The notes beneath the pieces were generated by a model. The model searched no databases. It saw only the letters and a list, made by a program, of their open reading frames with translations, and was not told where the DNA came from. From Phoronis australis (taxonomy: Eukaryota; Animalia; Phoronida), in the NCBI GenBank assembly GCA_002633005.1, contig NMRA01000068.1:25036-89035 (forward strand): a stretch of DNA of 64,000 bases. Reading direction: 5' to 3'. Positions 41,501 through 53,753 of the stretch are shown here, one piece after another. Position numbers and translations under genes: made by a program. Position 1 is the first letter of the stretch. Every line of letters starts with the position of its first letter.

Positions 41501-44500
41501 AATCAAATCAATTTTTCAGAAAATGAGGCCAAAACTAAGTCGAGTGTGTCTCCCTTTGAGAACTCGAAAACCATGTTTTCAGATCAAAATTGTCAACCTA
41601 AAGGTCAATATGTTTACACTATAACTACAGACTGACTACCTTTAAGTCAATATATCGTTATGGGCTTAAGGATATATCCCAAACCTTATTCACAAAAATT
41701 GGTCATTTTTTACAATATTTCATGTGTCTAGCAAAATACCTTATGTTCATTCTCAGGGAACATCAAATACAAAATATACACAGTGTCATGAGAAAAAAAG
41801 AATTAGCAGAACCACCTCGGACCGCACAACAGTGTGGATATTTGTTTACTACTTATTCGAGGTCAAAGGTTACAGGGCTGTAACTCAAATCGAATCTCCT
41901 GTCATGTACACAGCAGCTTTTTAAAAAAATTTTTATTCTCCCAGTTCAACATAAGCAAGAACAAAGGTCTGGGCTTCCCTTGCCTTACTTAACAATTCAA
42001 TGAAATTAAAGTTTACTAAGTTAAATGTATTCTTGAACCGGATTTTAGAAATACAAAAGAAAAAAATATACAAGACATTAGTGTACTAGTTTATGGCTCT
42101 GAAAAGGGAAGAGAGTATTTTGGAATGATGAAATATCCTTACATTGCTATTAAATTATGCATTTGTAACCACCTGTTTGTAAATTTTTCTATTTCTAAAT
42201 TTTTTGAATAAATATATTTTTTCACAGGAGTAATATCTGTTAATTTCTTTTGTTAATATAATTAATTAAATTTGGAGGTTTACCATTGAGACGTTGCTTA
42301 TATAAATGGAACTTGCTAAGACACAAGATTAAATTTTGAATAGCGGATTTGCAGCGCAAACGAACTACGCATTGCGCATGTGCGAGTTACTTCCTGCGCG
42401 AAGGCTCATGGGATAGCTTGTGGTCAGGCATGTCTTGAGCAGGCTGGATAGTGTGTGCATTTGGAGTGATTTTCAAACTAAAAACCATGTTTCATTTTTT
42501 GCTTTATAATACCAAGCAAGTCCTCTCTCTCGTTTGTAAACACAGCGTAGCTATGATCAGTAACCGTGTGACCGAGGGCACGACTGTCGTCATGTTCAGT
42601 ATTGGGGCTATCGGCGTTGATTTCGAAATCTCCTCCGGTTTCAGACAAGTTTTTAGTTCTTGGATTGCTTAAATTTTGTAGCTTTCGCCGTGGATATGCT
42701 AGAGACGTTAATTTTAAGAGGAAACTCCGTCGGAATGTTGTTCTCATACGTCTTTTTTCCACCAGGAAAATGTTCGCTGCACACACGATGGCCCCTAGGC
42801 AATTACAACGCACTGGATGCCGTAGGCATTCAGGGGCGATAGTACATCCTCACAAAAAGTTACTCATTTCAAAATACAGCAAATAAAATCAAATGAACCA
42901 TACGTATAGGAACACGGAGTTATAATTAACACATAACACGACTCTGGATACAATTTATTCAGCAAAACTTGAACAAATCGATGAAAATCTGTCACGGTTT
43001 GCTCGAGTCAAGTTCTCTCAGTTACCGGGTGCCATTTTGAGGAAGTCACATGAAATTACACATGTTGACGAATAAAAAGTCTAAGGGACACACATCTTAC
43101 AAGTTTCACCCGATACCTTCTCATGCTATTTTACAAGTGTCACGCGCTAGCGTCACGCGCTTCGCTGAGTCTCGCGCTAAACTTTGCCTAACTCACGTGA
43201 TTCAGTTGACATGCTATATGGTTATCGCGCACGGCAACCAAAAAAGTGAAGTTGTAATTCTTCGGCAAAGTCAACTTAATTCTCACAACTAAGCTTAAGA
43301 TATGTATAGAAGTAGAAAGGACCAATGATGAAAGTAAGCATTTTTTAAATGCTAGTTTTAAGTGTAGAATGTATTTTTGACGAGGTGAAAACTCGAAATC
43401 GGTAATCTGAATCTGGTCACGGCCCATTTAAAATACACTGAAGTAACGAAATGAGTACAGAAAGCGAATGGAAGTATTGTAGCCCCTATATGGCCAACCG
43501 AGGGGCTACGTGTTGCCTACTAGATGGCTCCGTGTTGGTTTGAATGGGCTAAATCTCCCCTTACTCCCAGCTCTCCTAATGTTGTTTATCCATTTTTCAC
43601 GAAGTTCTTGGTTTGCAGGGAACACGTAAAAACTCAGATTTTTATATCTCTTGTTGTTTTTGAAGCAGCCAGGAACACAACAAGTGTATCCGCCGTAAGT
43701 TTTCTTCGCGCTCATACCGCGTATTATTATGCTTGATACTATAGCCGGTTTCGGAATCCTGACCACAGCACCCACAATGCACCATTTTAACCTAATTTAA
43801 ATATGGCGTCGCTGCAAATCCGCTATTGGCTGGCTTCTACATCTGTTTCCAAAGAAAACTGTAAGTACATTTGTACCCAGGGAAATTTTTTTTTTTCTAA
43901 CCCAATCTTCAACATCGTTCCAAAAATTTTGAACAACCTCACATTGCCAGTATAAGTGAAGCAAAGTCTCAGGTTCACTCTTACAAAACATACACAAGGG
44001 GGACTTACTAACCCCAATTTTGACAAGATGTTACAGCTGATTATCTTATGTGACAGTCTAAATTGAAACCAACGAAGTTTCACATCAAGAGTAAAGTTAA
44101 CAAAGTAGGCATTTTTCCACCATTTAATAGTGTCTGGTATAGCAAGTTCTGCCTGCCACCTCATCTCAGACCTAGGCCTAGAATATTTCTTTAGCACAAA
44201 AGTGTTGTATATATAGTTTTGTGCCCTTTTTGTTTGCAAGTAATAATTTCACAAAAATTGGGATAAAGGGTGCATAGAAGGAAAACTTGTACCTTTTTGA
44301 GATTTTCCATTTTTGACAAACAGTCTCTTTGAGCCGATAAAAATTCAAAAACATTGGTCTAAAATTGAACTTTTTGCAAAAATCTTCAAAAGATAACAAA
44401 TATCAATGCTCGTCTAGTAGGTCTGAGATATAATAAACACCCATTTCAAACACAGTTTCTAAAGGTACACAGCAGCTTCATATCCACCCTAGTCCTTTCA

Positions 44501-47500
44501 TTTACCGAGTTGCCATAATAGTGAGTCAACGAAGTATACTTCTGATAGAAAGGTGCTGGGGAAAAAATAAAGACAAAACATAGTTTTGATCTTGAGAGAA
44601 TTGTGCATCTGCATGCATATGACCGTTGAGAATGAATGCTGCGAGTCACCTCATGCCTCTGAGGACACGAACACAGCAAGTTGTGAAGAGATAAATCCTC
44701 ACAGAAATTCTTTAATTCAATTTATAAGTAAAATGACATTTCACTGTTTCAATCTCATGCTAACGACATGCTTTATCCACCGACTGTATTTCTGCTATCG
44801 ATTTCTTACTTAGTTTCGTATCAGTCTCCAGGCAGGTGACGTGTTCAGACTGTGTATAACAATGAACTGTGACCTACTTCTAAGTAGGTCAAACAACAGG
44901 AACAGTTGATCCCACCTCGTGGTTGGAGACAGTATGTTTTAATGATAATTACGTTAATTACGCACTGCAAATTCACTTGACTTTGTGAGTGAATGTCAAA
45001 ATAGCTAACATGGTTAAGGCATGTATAGGTTATATTTACCTTAAACAAGTTTTCAGTAAATACTTTACCGAAGACTGAGATTTTCACTCGTCCCAGATTA
45101 ATCAGCTTTTTCTTGGCTTCAGCGACTCAACTTTATTTGAATATGAGTTCTCGCTTGGTGGCCTTTGCTGAAACTTTCCAAACTCAATATTTATTAATCA
45201 GTCCCAAAAAGATGTTAAGATTTTCGATATAAAGGCCTAGTTTTTGTTTAAAGTAACAAAGATGAATACAACTTCTATTTTCTACAAACATACCTTGTGT
45301 TTTACAAGTTCATTTGCCATAGAAACCGAACAAAAAAACTAATCAAAATTCCTAACAGCTTTTTTGAGGTAACTGTTCAATTTCTCACTTTAAAAGGGTT
45401 TCTTTAAAGTCAACTGAGGGGTTATTTTGCCATTGTAAAATGTACCTTTCTTAAAAATGAAATTTAAATTTAAAAAGAGGTTAACGGAAAAATTATAATG
45501 GTACATACTTTCTGCAAGTTTTTGTTTTCTATAATAGCATAGGTTGGAGAATGTTAAATGGTCGTCACTGGCGTGGGATATCATTGACAAAAATAGACAC
45601 TGAAATCAATATCTGCACATGTATAAGTATATGTCACTTCCCTACCTGACTCAAAACAGTTCGATTGCCCTTCAGACTTGCAAGGTATATGGTATCGGCA
45701 AAGGATTAATCTAGCTCAAAACCACCCCCTCAAGCAGGTCTCGGACTGACCAGATTGAGATTGCCGTCTTCCATAAAATACTCTCTTTGTTTTAGGAAAA
45801 GCAATGAAGTTTTGTAAAACCAAAGACGACTGTCTTTCATTGGGTGACCTGGAGTGCATAAAAACCAAGTGTGATTGGGGACTGTGCTCGTGTCCTCGAG
45901 GGACAGTATCTCGCTATCTTGGCTCCGAAAAGCTTTACAAGTGTGTCAGCCGTAAGTAGTACCCTTCCAAGACCGAGTTCTGTAGACGCAAGAATCTTGC
46001 AAGGGAAGCTTGTGTGATTATAGGCTTTGGTTGTAAATCAAGGCGATTCTTGGGAAGTCATGCAAGACATTGCGTTTTCATGAGGTTCTTGCATATAAAG
46101 CAATGCACGCTTGACCTCAAAAGACTGTAAGCGTTATTCACATGATTTCATAAATTTATATATATTATATTACATACAATATGCATACATAAGTACATCA
46201 TAAAGACAGTATCATGGTTCGCGTTTCACCACACGCAAACCTTAAGTCCTGTTTAGACATCGACTTTTGACCAGTGCAACTGACACGGAGCAACTTGATC
46301 AGTGTCAAGTGGCCGTTTACACACGCAAATTCATTAACTGTGGCAAGACAGAAGTTGTACGCTGGAGAGTGGAATGCACATGCGCAGGTTTTCAAATAGC
46401 GGGAGTTGCAGAGACAGACAGCCCGCATGTAGGTCATTGCACAAGCGCAGTAGAGATGATTTTTTTGCCCTGCCCCAGTTTCGTGTTTAAGACATATAAT
46501 TGACACGGAACAAGATGTTTGAGCGCAAATTGCCTCACCTCACAAACGGGTGGCAAATTTGCTCCATGTCAGTTCCGTTTACACACTGGAACATCTCGTT
46601 CCGTGTCAGCTAATCCGTGTCAACTGTTGTAGTGTAAACAGCACTTTAAATACAAACACCTTACTGTAATTACACTTTACTAATTAATCAACATGCTTAT
46701 GTTACTCAGGATAACAAAGACATGAGTGTAAACACAGACTGTTAATCTGTTTTTTAAAACTATTCTTTTTCAAAAGACTACAAGAAACATACTGTTGTTA
46801 AAAACTTTCTGTATACCCGGGTATGTGATCTTCATGAATGAATGTTCTAACAAGTAGAGCAAGTATGTATGAAAGGTAGCGTATTATTACACTTCGTACT
46901 GCTTTAATAAGTCTAACAAATATTAACTAGTTCGATTTTTTTGGAGATTTGGAATATTCTTACAACCCTAAATGGTATGAAAAGTGCGAGGCTGTCATAT
47001 GTAGAATCCAGGTTACACTTCTGTCAGACAAAATACTGTGGACTAAAAACAAAGAAAACAGATCTGACAGTCATTCAAGTATTTTAGCTTGAATTTGATT
47101 TGATGGCTTGGCATTCACAGGAGTTACTTCAGTTTGTGTCGATATGAATGGATGAACAAAATGCTTGGTTCCCACGAGTTGGAATTCCCATACATTTGAA
47201 ACTAATGCAAGTTAGCTAAAAATAAGAATCTCAGCCTGCACTTGCAAATTTCAGGTCACAAATGTGACCTAAATCTTGTTATGTTGAGCCATGTCCTTAC
47301 CCTGTCCCAAAATTAATTCTCCACAGAACTATTTGTTAATTACATTGCCTCCACCTACTGTCAACTTTTTGTTCACTGTTTATTTGCTTCCTCCACCTTC
47401 ATTTCACCTATTGCCTGATGATGAGACAATCATGTCGTCTCGAAATATAGCAACTATTTAAACTTGTTTGTACATTGTGTCTCTTGGCGTTTTGTAAAAT

Positions 47501-50500
47501 CCTGCCTTCAACCAAGTTTGAACCAATGAAGGGCTGCTACCTTGCTATACTGATATACAGTATATGCACATGCATGCATGCATGTGTGCGCACACTCACG
47601 CATACAAATGTATCAATAATTTCCCTTCCAGAGAAAAAGGTTGGCGAGTCCTGTTCCACAGATGGCGATAGTGGCGTATGTGGTGCCATAAATTCACTTT
47701 GTCTCAAAGGCACGTGTGAGTGTATATCAGGCTACTTTAGCCGATTTGGTGGCGAGTATTGCTCACGGAATACAGTCTTTGCAAGTGAAACTGTAACAGG
47801 AAGCGAGACATCATGTACAGGGGGTGCTTCAACGGGTCAGCTCCCTGCCTCTGTGACAGGTGGCCCAATAGAATGTGCCTGCCCACAAGGACAACAGACA
47901 TATTTACCCAACAGCTATCAAGGGCCACAGCTGTTCCAGGGCAAGAAATTTCCGCAGTGCTTGAAGAGTAAGTCAAAGCAATAGTTGATTTTGTAGTACG
48001 AACAATGTAGTTGTTGTACAAAAAGTAGCAGATACACATTCAGAAATCTGCATGTTAGCAGATATGATGACCAAGAGGTACAAGTTGCTTGAACTCTACA
48101 TCCTTTTATAATAGACTAAGAGGTATTGTCAGCAATTGTTTTCATTTGGCTTTCAATAACATTTCATTTCACAGAGTGGTACATATTATAACATTAACCT
48201 TTAACAAAACATAGGCAGAAGTAAAATATATGCCATATGATGGTTCTTTAGTTTGGGGTGCCTGAATCTTGTTTATAATCACACAGCAAAATTCTTATTA
48301 AATAGTTTTAAGAAAAATGTTATCCAAACCAAGAATTACAAAATAATATTTTTGCTTTTCAGCACGTGTTGGCGACTTTTGTTTAGTTGATCGGGACTGC
48401 CGATATATACAAAACAATGCTGTGTGCAGGGTCAATAAGTGTGCCTGTAAGGACACTAACCATGTAGCAGACATAACAGGACTTCAATGTGGCCCACGTA
48501 AGTGACTATAGTTGGCATGGCAACAATTTTTCTCGAAATTAAACTCATACCTGCCTCCCGTTCAGTAACGCTAGGATCTCGCTAAAATGCAAGACTTCGC
48601 GAGATTACGTGAGATATTGCCGTGCATTTTAAATGAGAACACGTGACTCTGACTACATTTCAGCTAGGTCCTAGCGTAGGTCCTAGCGTCTACTGAACGC
48701 ACGCCTGTTTTCAACATTTTCCTTCCTACATTGGTATGATCTTAAGATAAGTGTCTATTTTTCAGTGTTTAAATGGTTTGTATTTTGCACTTGGTAAACC
48801 CAGCATTAAGGTTATTTCAAACCTTATTTAAGTGGCCTTCATTCTAACTCGTACATCAAAAAGTCCAGGCTTTCTCAGCTATTAAAAGTATACGATTTTT
48901 GTGTGAAAAAAGATCACAGATTATAAAAATATGTTTTATATTTCATGCCTTTATCATTATTACATTAACATCTTTTTTAGGTCAAAATTTCATATATAAG
49001 AAAAATACATTCATGGACAAAATAACGCCTTGATTGATTTTAATGAATCCTTTTTTAAATGAAAACTTTGCCAGTTACCTGAATAACTCTGTCAGGAATT
49101 TTTGATTAGTTTCTTAGTTTGGTTTCTATGTCAAATCAACTCGAAAACATAAGTTTTTTTTGCAAAAAATAGCAGTCGTATTTGTCTTTGTCATGTTACA
49201 CTAAAACAAGGCGTTCATATCAAAAATCCCAACAGAGTTTTTGAGATTGATGAATAAATATTAAGTTTGGAAGTTTGGAAAGTTTCAACAAATCCACTGA
49301 GCCACTTTCGAGAACTCGTTTTCCTAAGTTAAAGTTAAGTTGATTTGCCGAAGCCGAGAAAAAGCTGATTAAGTTGGGACACGTGAAACCTCAAGGTCTT
49401 CGGTTGATAATTCGGTGAAACCTTGTTTTCGGTCAATATAGCCTATACATGTCACAACCATATTCATTACTTCAACATTCACTGGCAATGTCAACTGAAT
49501 TTGCGGTGTGTAATTACCTTAAAATTATGACTAAATTTTGTTACCGTCTCCAGTCCCACAAGGCGGGATCAACTGCACACCAACTTAAAAGTAGGCCACA
49601 AAATTTCCACACCGTTGTGCAGTTCCAAGGTGGTTCTGCTAAATCTTTTTTCTCCCTACACCGTATATATTTTGCATTTGAAGTTCCCCGAGAATGAAGA
49701 CAGGGTATTTTGCAAGACATGTGAAATATTGTAAAAAATAGCCAATTTTTATGAATAAGGTTGGAGATATCTTTAAAGCCATGAGTTCTCAGTATGAACA
49801 GTAAAGCCCGAGTTTTACTGGAGTTTGTAGTTCGAATTTAGGGTTCATGAAGTGTAAATTAGGACAACAGAGTTGCTTCCATACTCGAGCACAGAAACAT
49901 TAGATAATTATCTTCTGTTCATATTAAAATAAACAAAAACAGAAAATGTCAAACATATTTTCGAGTTAGATTGTGGGAAGTAATATTTTTAAGACTAAAG
50001 AACAAATTAACGCAGCAGAAGCAAATTTATCTTATAGGTGTTGCTTTCTTTACTCGAGATCATGGGTTCGAGTCCCACTGGGCCTCACTGCTTGATTCTT
50101 GAGTCAGGGTTGTAGCTCCTCAGTTCAGTTGTAGCTATAAATTAGTACAATGGGCTCACATGTGCGACCTGCGTATGTATCAGATCACCTGTAATTATTT
50201 TTATTATAAATTTACCTTAAGTTTGTGCAACATTGTGAAACTGAGAGTAGCACAAACTTGACATAACATTTTACCTTCTTCTGTTTCAGCGCTAAAATTC
50301 GGAGATAAATGCCCTGGCTCAACTGGGGGTATATGTTCTGGGTCACAGGGTCTAACATGTGGCACAGACGTGTGTGACCTCACTGTAAACTCAACAACAC
50401 CCATAACATGCGTGTGTCATCACACCCACACGCGCAGTGGAACCACATGCCAGTCACGTGAGTACCACCTATGGCGACACATCATGAGGAATTACCGATA

Positions 50501-52337
50501 AGAATAGGAATCAATTATTTCTTATCCAAACAGAATTATACTACTTTGACCTTTACGTTTGGACAAAAATGACTGTGTTAATTACTATTTACAATAAAAA
50601 TAATAGATTCTGACTAAAATATATTGGATTGGCAATTGGTCCCGGTAATATCAAATCTACCGGACATGGTTTCTACTGAGATTATTTTAACCTCAAAACA
50701 TCACCAGCATGTATGTATGGCGTCAGTTTAAATATTTGGGTAACAAAAAGTTTCAAGATAAGAAGACAATTATATAGGAAACATTCTACAAAACTGCTCA
50801 GCGTTGTGACAAGACAATAAGTCTTCTCTAACTTCTAATTGTGGTGAGCCACATGATGAGTTGACGGGAAAAGCGCAATTTCTTTTATTCACAGCAGATG
50901 CCAAAATTAGACACAGGATTGATAAAAATGGCCATCAGGGAGTGAATCCATCAGTAAAATGGAAATGTGTCACTGTCTTATTTAATAAAAACTATTCCCC
51001 AAAGTTCATGGAAATACCTCAAGGGACGTGGTAGATATATAGGCATAGAAAAGTCATACTGTCTCTAGGGGGAACCACAGTAATCTGTTCCACTTCAAAA
51101 TCAATGTAGGCTGTGCTCATCTCAACAGAAACACATGAGAAATTTCATAATGATTATTCGAGCAGTTTGTCAGATAGACAAGAGGACGCCAAACACATAA
51201 ATAACAACACGATGCGTAAAAATGCGCCCAAGACTACACCACGAATGTAATGATTACTATGTTGTTTATTAATGAAAATTGCTACAAGATGACGTAAGAC
51301 AATGCACTCATCAGCAAATAAGAAGGCCTCATCGTTTCCACAACAATTTGTCCATGAATTCTGTTTATATAGAGGCCAACATTAACAAGAACAATGCAAA
51401 GCACTGAAATTCACCCTTGACCCCAACACAAACAAAACTTTATGATTCTAGGGTTGTTTATTAGTGTCATAAAAATGGTCATTTAGTAGGTCATAATACA
51501 GCGAACTCATCTTGATACAGGTAAGAGTTGTCATCTCTCTAATAGAAAGCTATTTGCCAAATTTCATACAAATCTGTCCAGGAACTCCACAGATTAAAAA
51601 GAGTCTCCATTCGTCATCAGCTCCATAGGAACACAACTGCTAACTGTCACAACTATCTCCAAGGGGCTTTAGGATAGAGCCACATTATTATGTATGTAAA
51701 ATCTTGCATTTGCAAAATCTGCCAACAATTTGTTTCCAGGAAACTTAGGTGATTCCTGCTATGGTGATGAAAATTGCAAAGGAATCAACAGGAACGCCAT
51801 CTGTGTGGAAGGGAAGTGCCAGAACGGTGAGTTACATATAATACAATGAAACGTCCTTAAAGTTGACCAAAAAAATCGAGGGCAAAAGGTTGATATCGGT
51901 TACAGTTGAAGGAATGAAAGGCACATTTTGAAAAGGGAACATATAATAGTCCTGCAATGTAAAACTACGGCTTTGGATGAGCACCCTACCTAAAATGCCT
52001 TCTGGTGACCATGTGAACTGAAATAATTTATAAAAGACTGGTCAAATTGCTCCGCTCGTGTGAGGTAAATGAGATGAATTTTCTTAAAAATACGGGATGT
52101 GGTGACACAGTGAATGCACATAATTTTCTCTAAATAATCCAGTCAGTTAAAGCACAACATTAGTAACTTGATCATCATTACCATTCATATCATTGCAATA
52201 TCTTTTATATTTCAATGATAGCCAATCACAACACGACTTCCACAACTCAAGTGAATAAAAATCTATTTTCAGGTGCTACCACCACCCTTCTAAGTGTGGC
52301 ACTGTTGCTGGTGTGTGCAGTGAGTCAACTACTATAG
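38541..52337 (+). CDS. Gene B: paralogue of gene A, secreted/GPI-anchored cysteine-rich EB/EGF-like repeat protein (~336 aa)
   Basis: Exons 38562-38604 (43 nt like gene A exon 2; [15 protein letters not shown]; in-frame ATG at 38541 if no upstream coding exon exists), 45796-45951, 47632-47967, 48363-48497, 50290-50457, 51740-51826, 52273-52337. All introns are GT-AG and phase 1. Ends [24 protein letters not shown]. First module is 32/50 identical to gene A, including [10 protein letters not shown]. Start codon uncertain. Confidence 0.88.
38909..40721. mobile_element. Non-autonomous Tc1/mariner-superfamily element (CCGTA termini), copy 2, in a gene B intron
   Basis: TA|CCGTAATCGTTCGGGTTAACGCCC ... 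GGGCGTTAACCCGAACGTTTACGG|TA; first ~500 bp and several internal blocks match 23431-25021. Confidence 0.88.
42478..43715 (-). pseudogene. Disrupted THAP zinc-finger N-terminus of a transposase
   Basis: [17 protein letters not shown]...FYVFP...EKWINNIRR...FKPTR (43715-43530), continuing after an insertion as [24 protein letters not shown] (from ~42793), then a frameshift to a segment with DHSY (HCF-1-binding [DE]HxY motif typical of THAP proteins). No DDE domain retained. Confidence 0.85.
42796..43522. mobile_element. Non-autonomous DNA transposon (hAT- or Mutator-like) inserted in the THAP domain
   Basis: Flanked by GATGGCCCC (42787-42795) and GATGGCTCC (43523-43531); short TIR TAGGCAA / TTGCCTA; removing it restores the THAP C2CH frame. 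Confidence 0.72.
46246..46644. mobile_element. Harbinger-type MITE in gene B intron
   Basis: TAA|GTCCTGTTTAGAC ... GTGTAAACAGCAC; internal GACACGGA/TCCGTGTC repeats. Confidence 0.7.
47411..47453 (+). ncRNA. Minimal type I hammerhead-ribozyme-like motif (Penelope-associated type)
   Basis: TTGC-CTGATGA-T-GAGAC-aatcatgtc-GTCTC-GAAA-TA-TA-GCAA: stem I TTGC/GCAA, CUGAUGA core, 5-bp stem II, GAAA, palindromic AUAU in place of stem III. Confidence 0.55.
48560..48699. mobile_element. Small MITE-like inverted repeat
   Basis: CGTTCAGTAACGCTAGGA ... TCCTAGCGTCTACTGAACG. Confidence 0.55.
48810..49772. mobile_element. Kolobok-like TTAA element, inverted relative to 41670-45553
   Basis: TTAA|GGTTATTTCAAACCTTATT ... 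AATAAGGTTGGAGATATCT|TTAA. Confidence 0.75.
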
Positions 52338-52418
52338 ATGACAGGAAGATAACTACTACTGTACCTGCTTCATATACCAATTTCCACTCTGCAAACGTAA
52401 TATCTCCTGCCGTCGATA

Positions 52419-52424
52419 AATAAA
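52419..52424 (+). terminator. Candidate polyadenylation signal of gene B
   Basis: First AATAAA, ~80 nt after the TAG at 52335-52337. Confidence 0.45.
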
Positions 52425-52631
52425 TATCAGTAGTTTGGAAACGAACAGAGAATATCACATTACACCCACGATGTTACAGGATAAATCAGTGTATAAAATA
52501 TTTATTAGTAATTTTCTGTTCAGCTTCTGTCCACGATACACAGGCTGGTTTAAGATTTATATATAATTATATATACTCAAGAGTTCAAAGGGGAGATGCC
52601 CACTACTAAATCAGATAGATTTCTGTCTTTG

Positions 52632-52745
52632 ACCGGTGGTCTTGATGGCTCTGTGGACTAGAGCATCTGCATGCTTATCAGAAGATCCTGGATTCGAGCT
52701 CCCGGTTGGGCAAGAAATAATTTCCAGAGGTTGTGCGCTGAGCAG
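52632..52745 (+). mobile_element. tRNA-derived SINE head
   Basis: A-box-like TGGCTCTGTGG and B-box-like GGATTCGAGC; similar to the core of 37992-38180; no clean cloverleaf. Confidence 0.55.
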
Positions 52746-53753
52746 ACTTAGTAATGTTTGCAATTCTGTTTGGCTGTTAATAATGATGCTTTTTTCATAT
52801 ATGCTTTTAGTATTTTGTACTTAGTTGAGGCTCAAAAAGAAATGTGCTACAAAGTTTCAGAATTGTGAATATATTCACTATTCCTTAAAGTGATCCATGA
52901 GCTTCCATTGTTATAAGTAAATGAGCAGGAGAAATCTGCATTTGTTTGCATCTTGGCATCACGTGTACATGTTAGTAATTCCAATTACACATATTTCAAT
53001 GGGTTTTCACTTAATGCTTCAGAATGCTTTGAAATTCAGCTTGTTATCCTAAGAATAAATACTTTTTAATACATCTTTGTTTGATTGCACAATTACAGTC
53101 TCTTGAGCATTAAGATAGTAGCCACTAGATGTCATTTGAGTCATCATAACTTTTTACCAATGACAAGGACACGATGGACACTTTGTAGCTTGTGAGGATT
53201 TAAGAAGATATAAAGCACGATAAATGTGTTATGTTTATGATATAAAACATGAAAACATGGCGCAATATCTAGTAAAGAAAACTGAATGAAGCATTTCAAA
53301 CGACCAAATTACACAGCACTTCAAGCAAGCTTATGAACAGTGAAATGATTCAAATAGCACTTGATGAAGTGCCTCACAAACTAGGAGGGCTCTGTCAGAT
53401 CAATAAAATGCACATAAACCTCTATAAATACACCACACTGGTATCAGAAATGCTAAGACGACTATTATAAGCTGAAGTTCCACCAACTTGCTCTAAAGAG
53501 AAGTAATGCAATGTGAAGTTCAACATGTGTTGAGTCTTCAAGCTGGAAACAAGCTACAAAGCCTGAAGGACACATCTGCTGCATTTGTCAGAGCCAACAT
53601 TTGCCAAACTAATTAAAATCCACAAAATATGAATTACTGGAAATGAGCCAAAATTCATCTTATTGTGGGCATTGATGTAAAACACCTCATGCAACTCAAT
53701 GGTGACTCCCCTTGAAGCTCACAGAGGTAGAGTACAGTCAACCCAATACTCAC

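Larger units (their letters stand above)
42342..43824 (-). mobile_element. ISL2EU/Harbinger-related DNA transposon (internally deleted) carrying a THAP gene
   Basis: Perfect inverted ends AATAGCGGATTTGCAGCG (42339-42356) and CGCTGCAAATCCGCTATT (43810-43827), AT duplication; inserted into the LINE ORF. Confidence 0.8.
41920..44464 (-). mobile_element. 5'-truncated L1/Tx1-clade LINE (ORF2 C-terminus, pseudogenised)
   Basis: zf-RVT-type motifs [14 protein letters not shown] and [25 protein letters not shown]. The frame resumes after the insertion at 42338 as [15 protein letters not shown]...KFTNRW. AATAAA plus A-rich end near 41920; 14-bp TSD GTACACAGCAGCTT at 41906-41919 and 44465-44478. Confidence 0.9.
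41670..45553. mobile_element. TTAA-flanked Kolobok-like non-autonomous element hosting nested insertions
   Basis: TTAA|GGATATATCCCAAACCTTATT left end; 41670-41760 and 45090-45470 match the reverse complement of 48810-49772; degenerate right end AGGTTGGAGAATG|TTAA. Confidence 0.62.

Noticed and set aside
41258-45389. GGTGAGA...TCTCACT as TIRs of the outer nested element
   Set aside because: Homology with 48810-49772 continues through 45389, so that site is internal; the outer element starts at 41670.
50040-50110. GGTTCGAGTCCC as a tRNA gene (also near 26325, 38080, 52690)
   Set aside because: Only T-arm/B-box remnants; no complete cloverleaf.
53400-53620. Acceptor-like sites as TCF25 exon 13
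   Set aside because: They translate to short non-conserved peptides (e.g. ASWWNFSL*) without TCF25 motifs.
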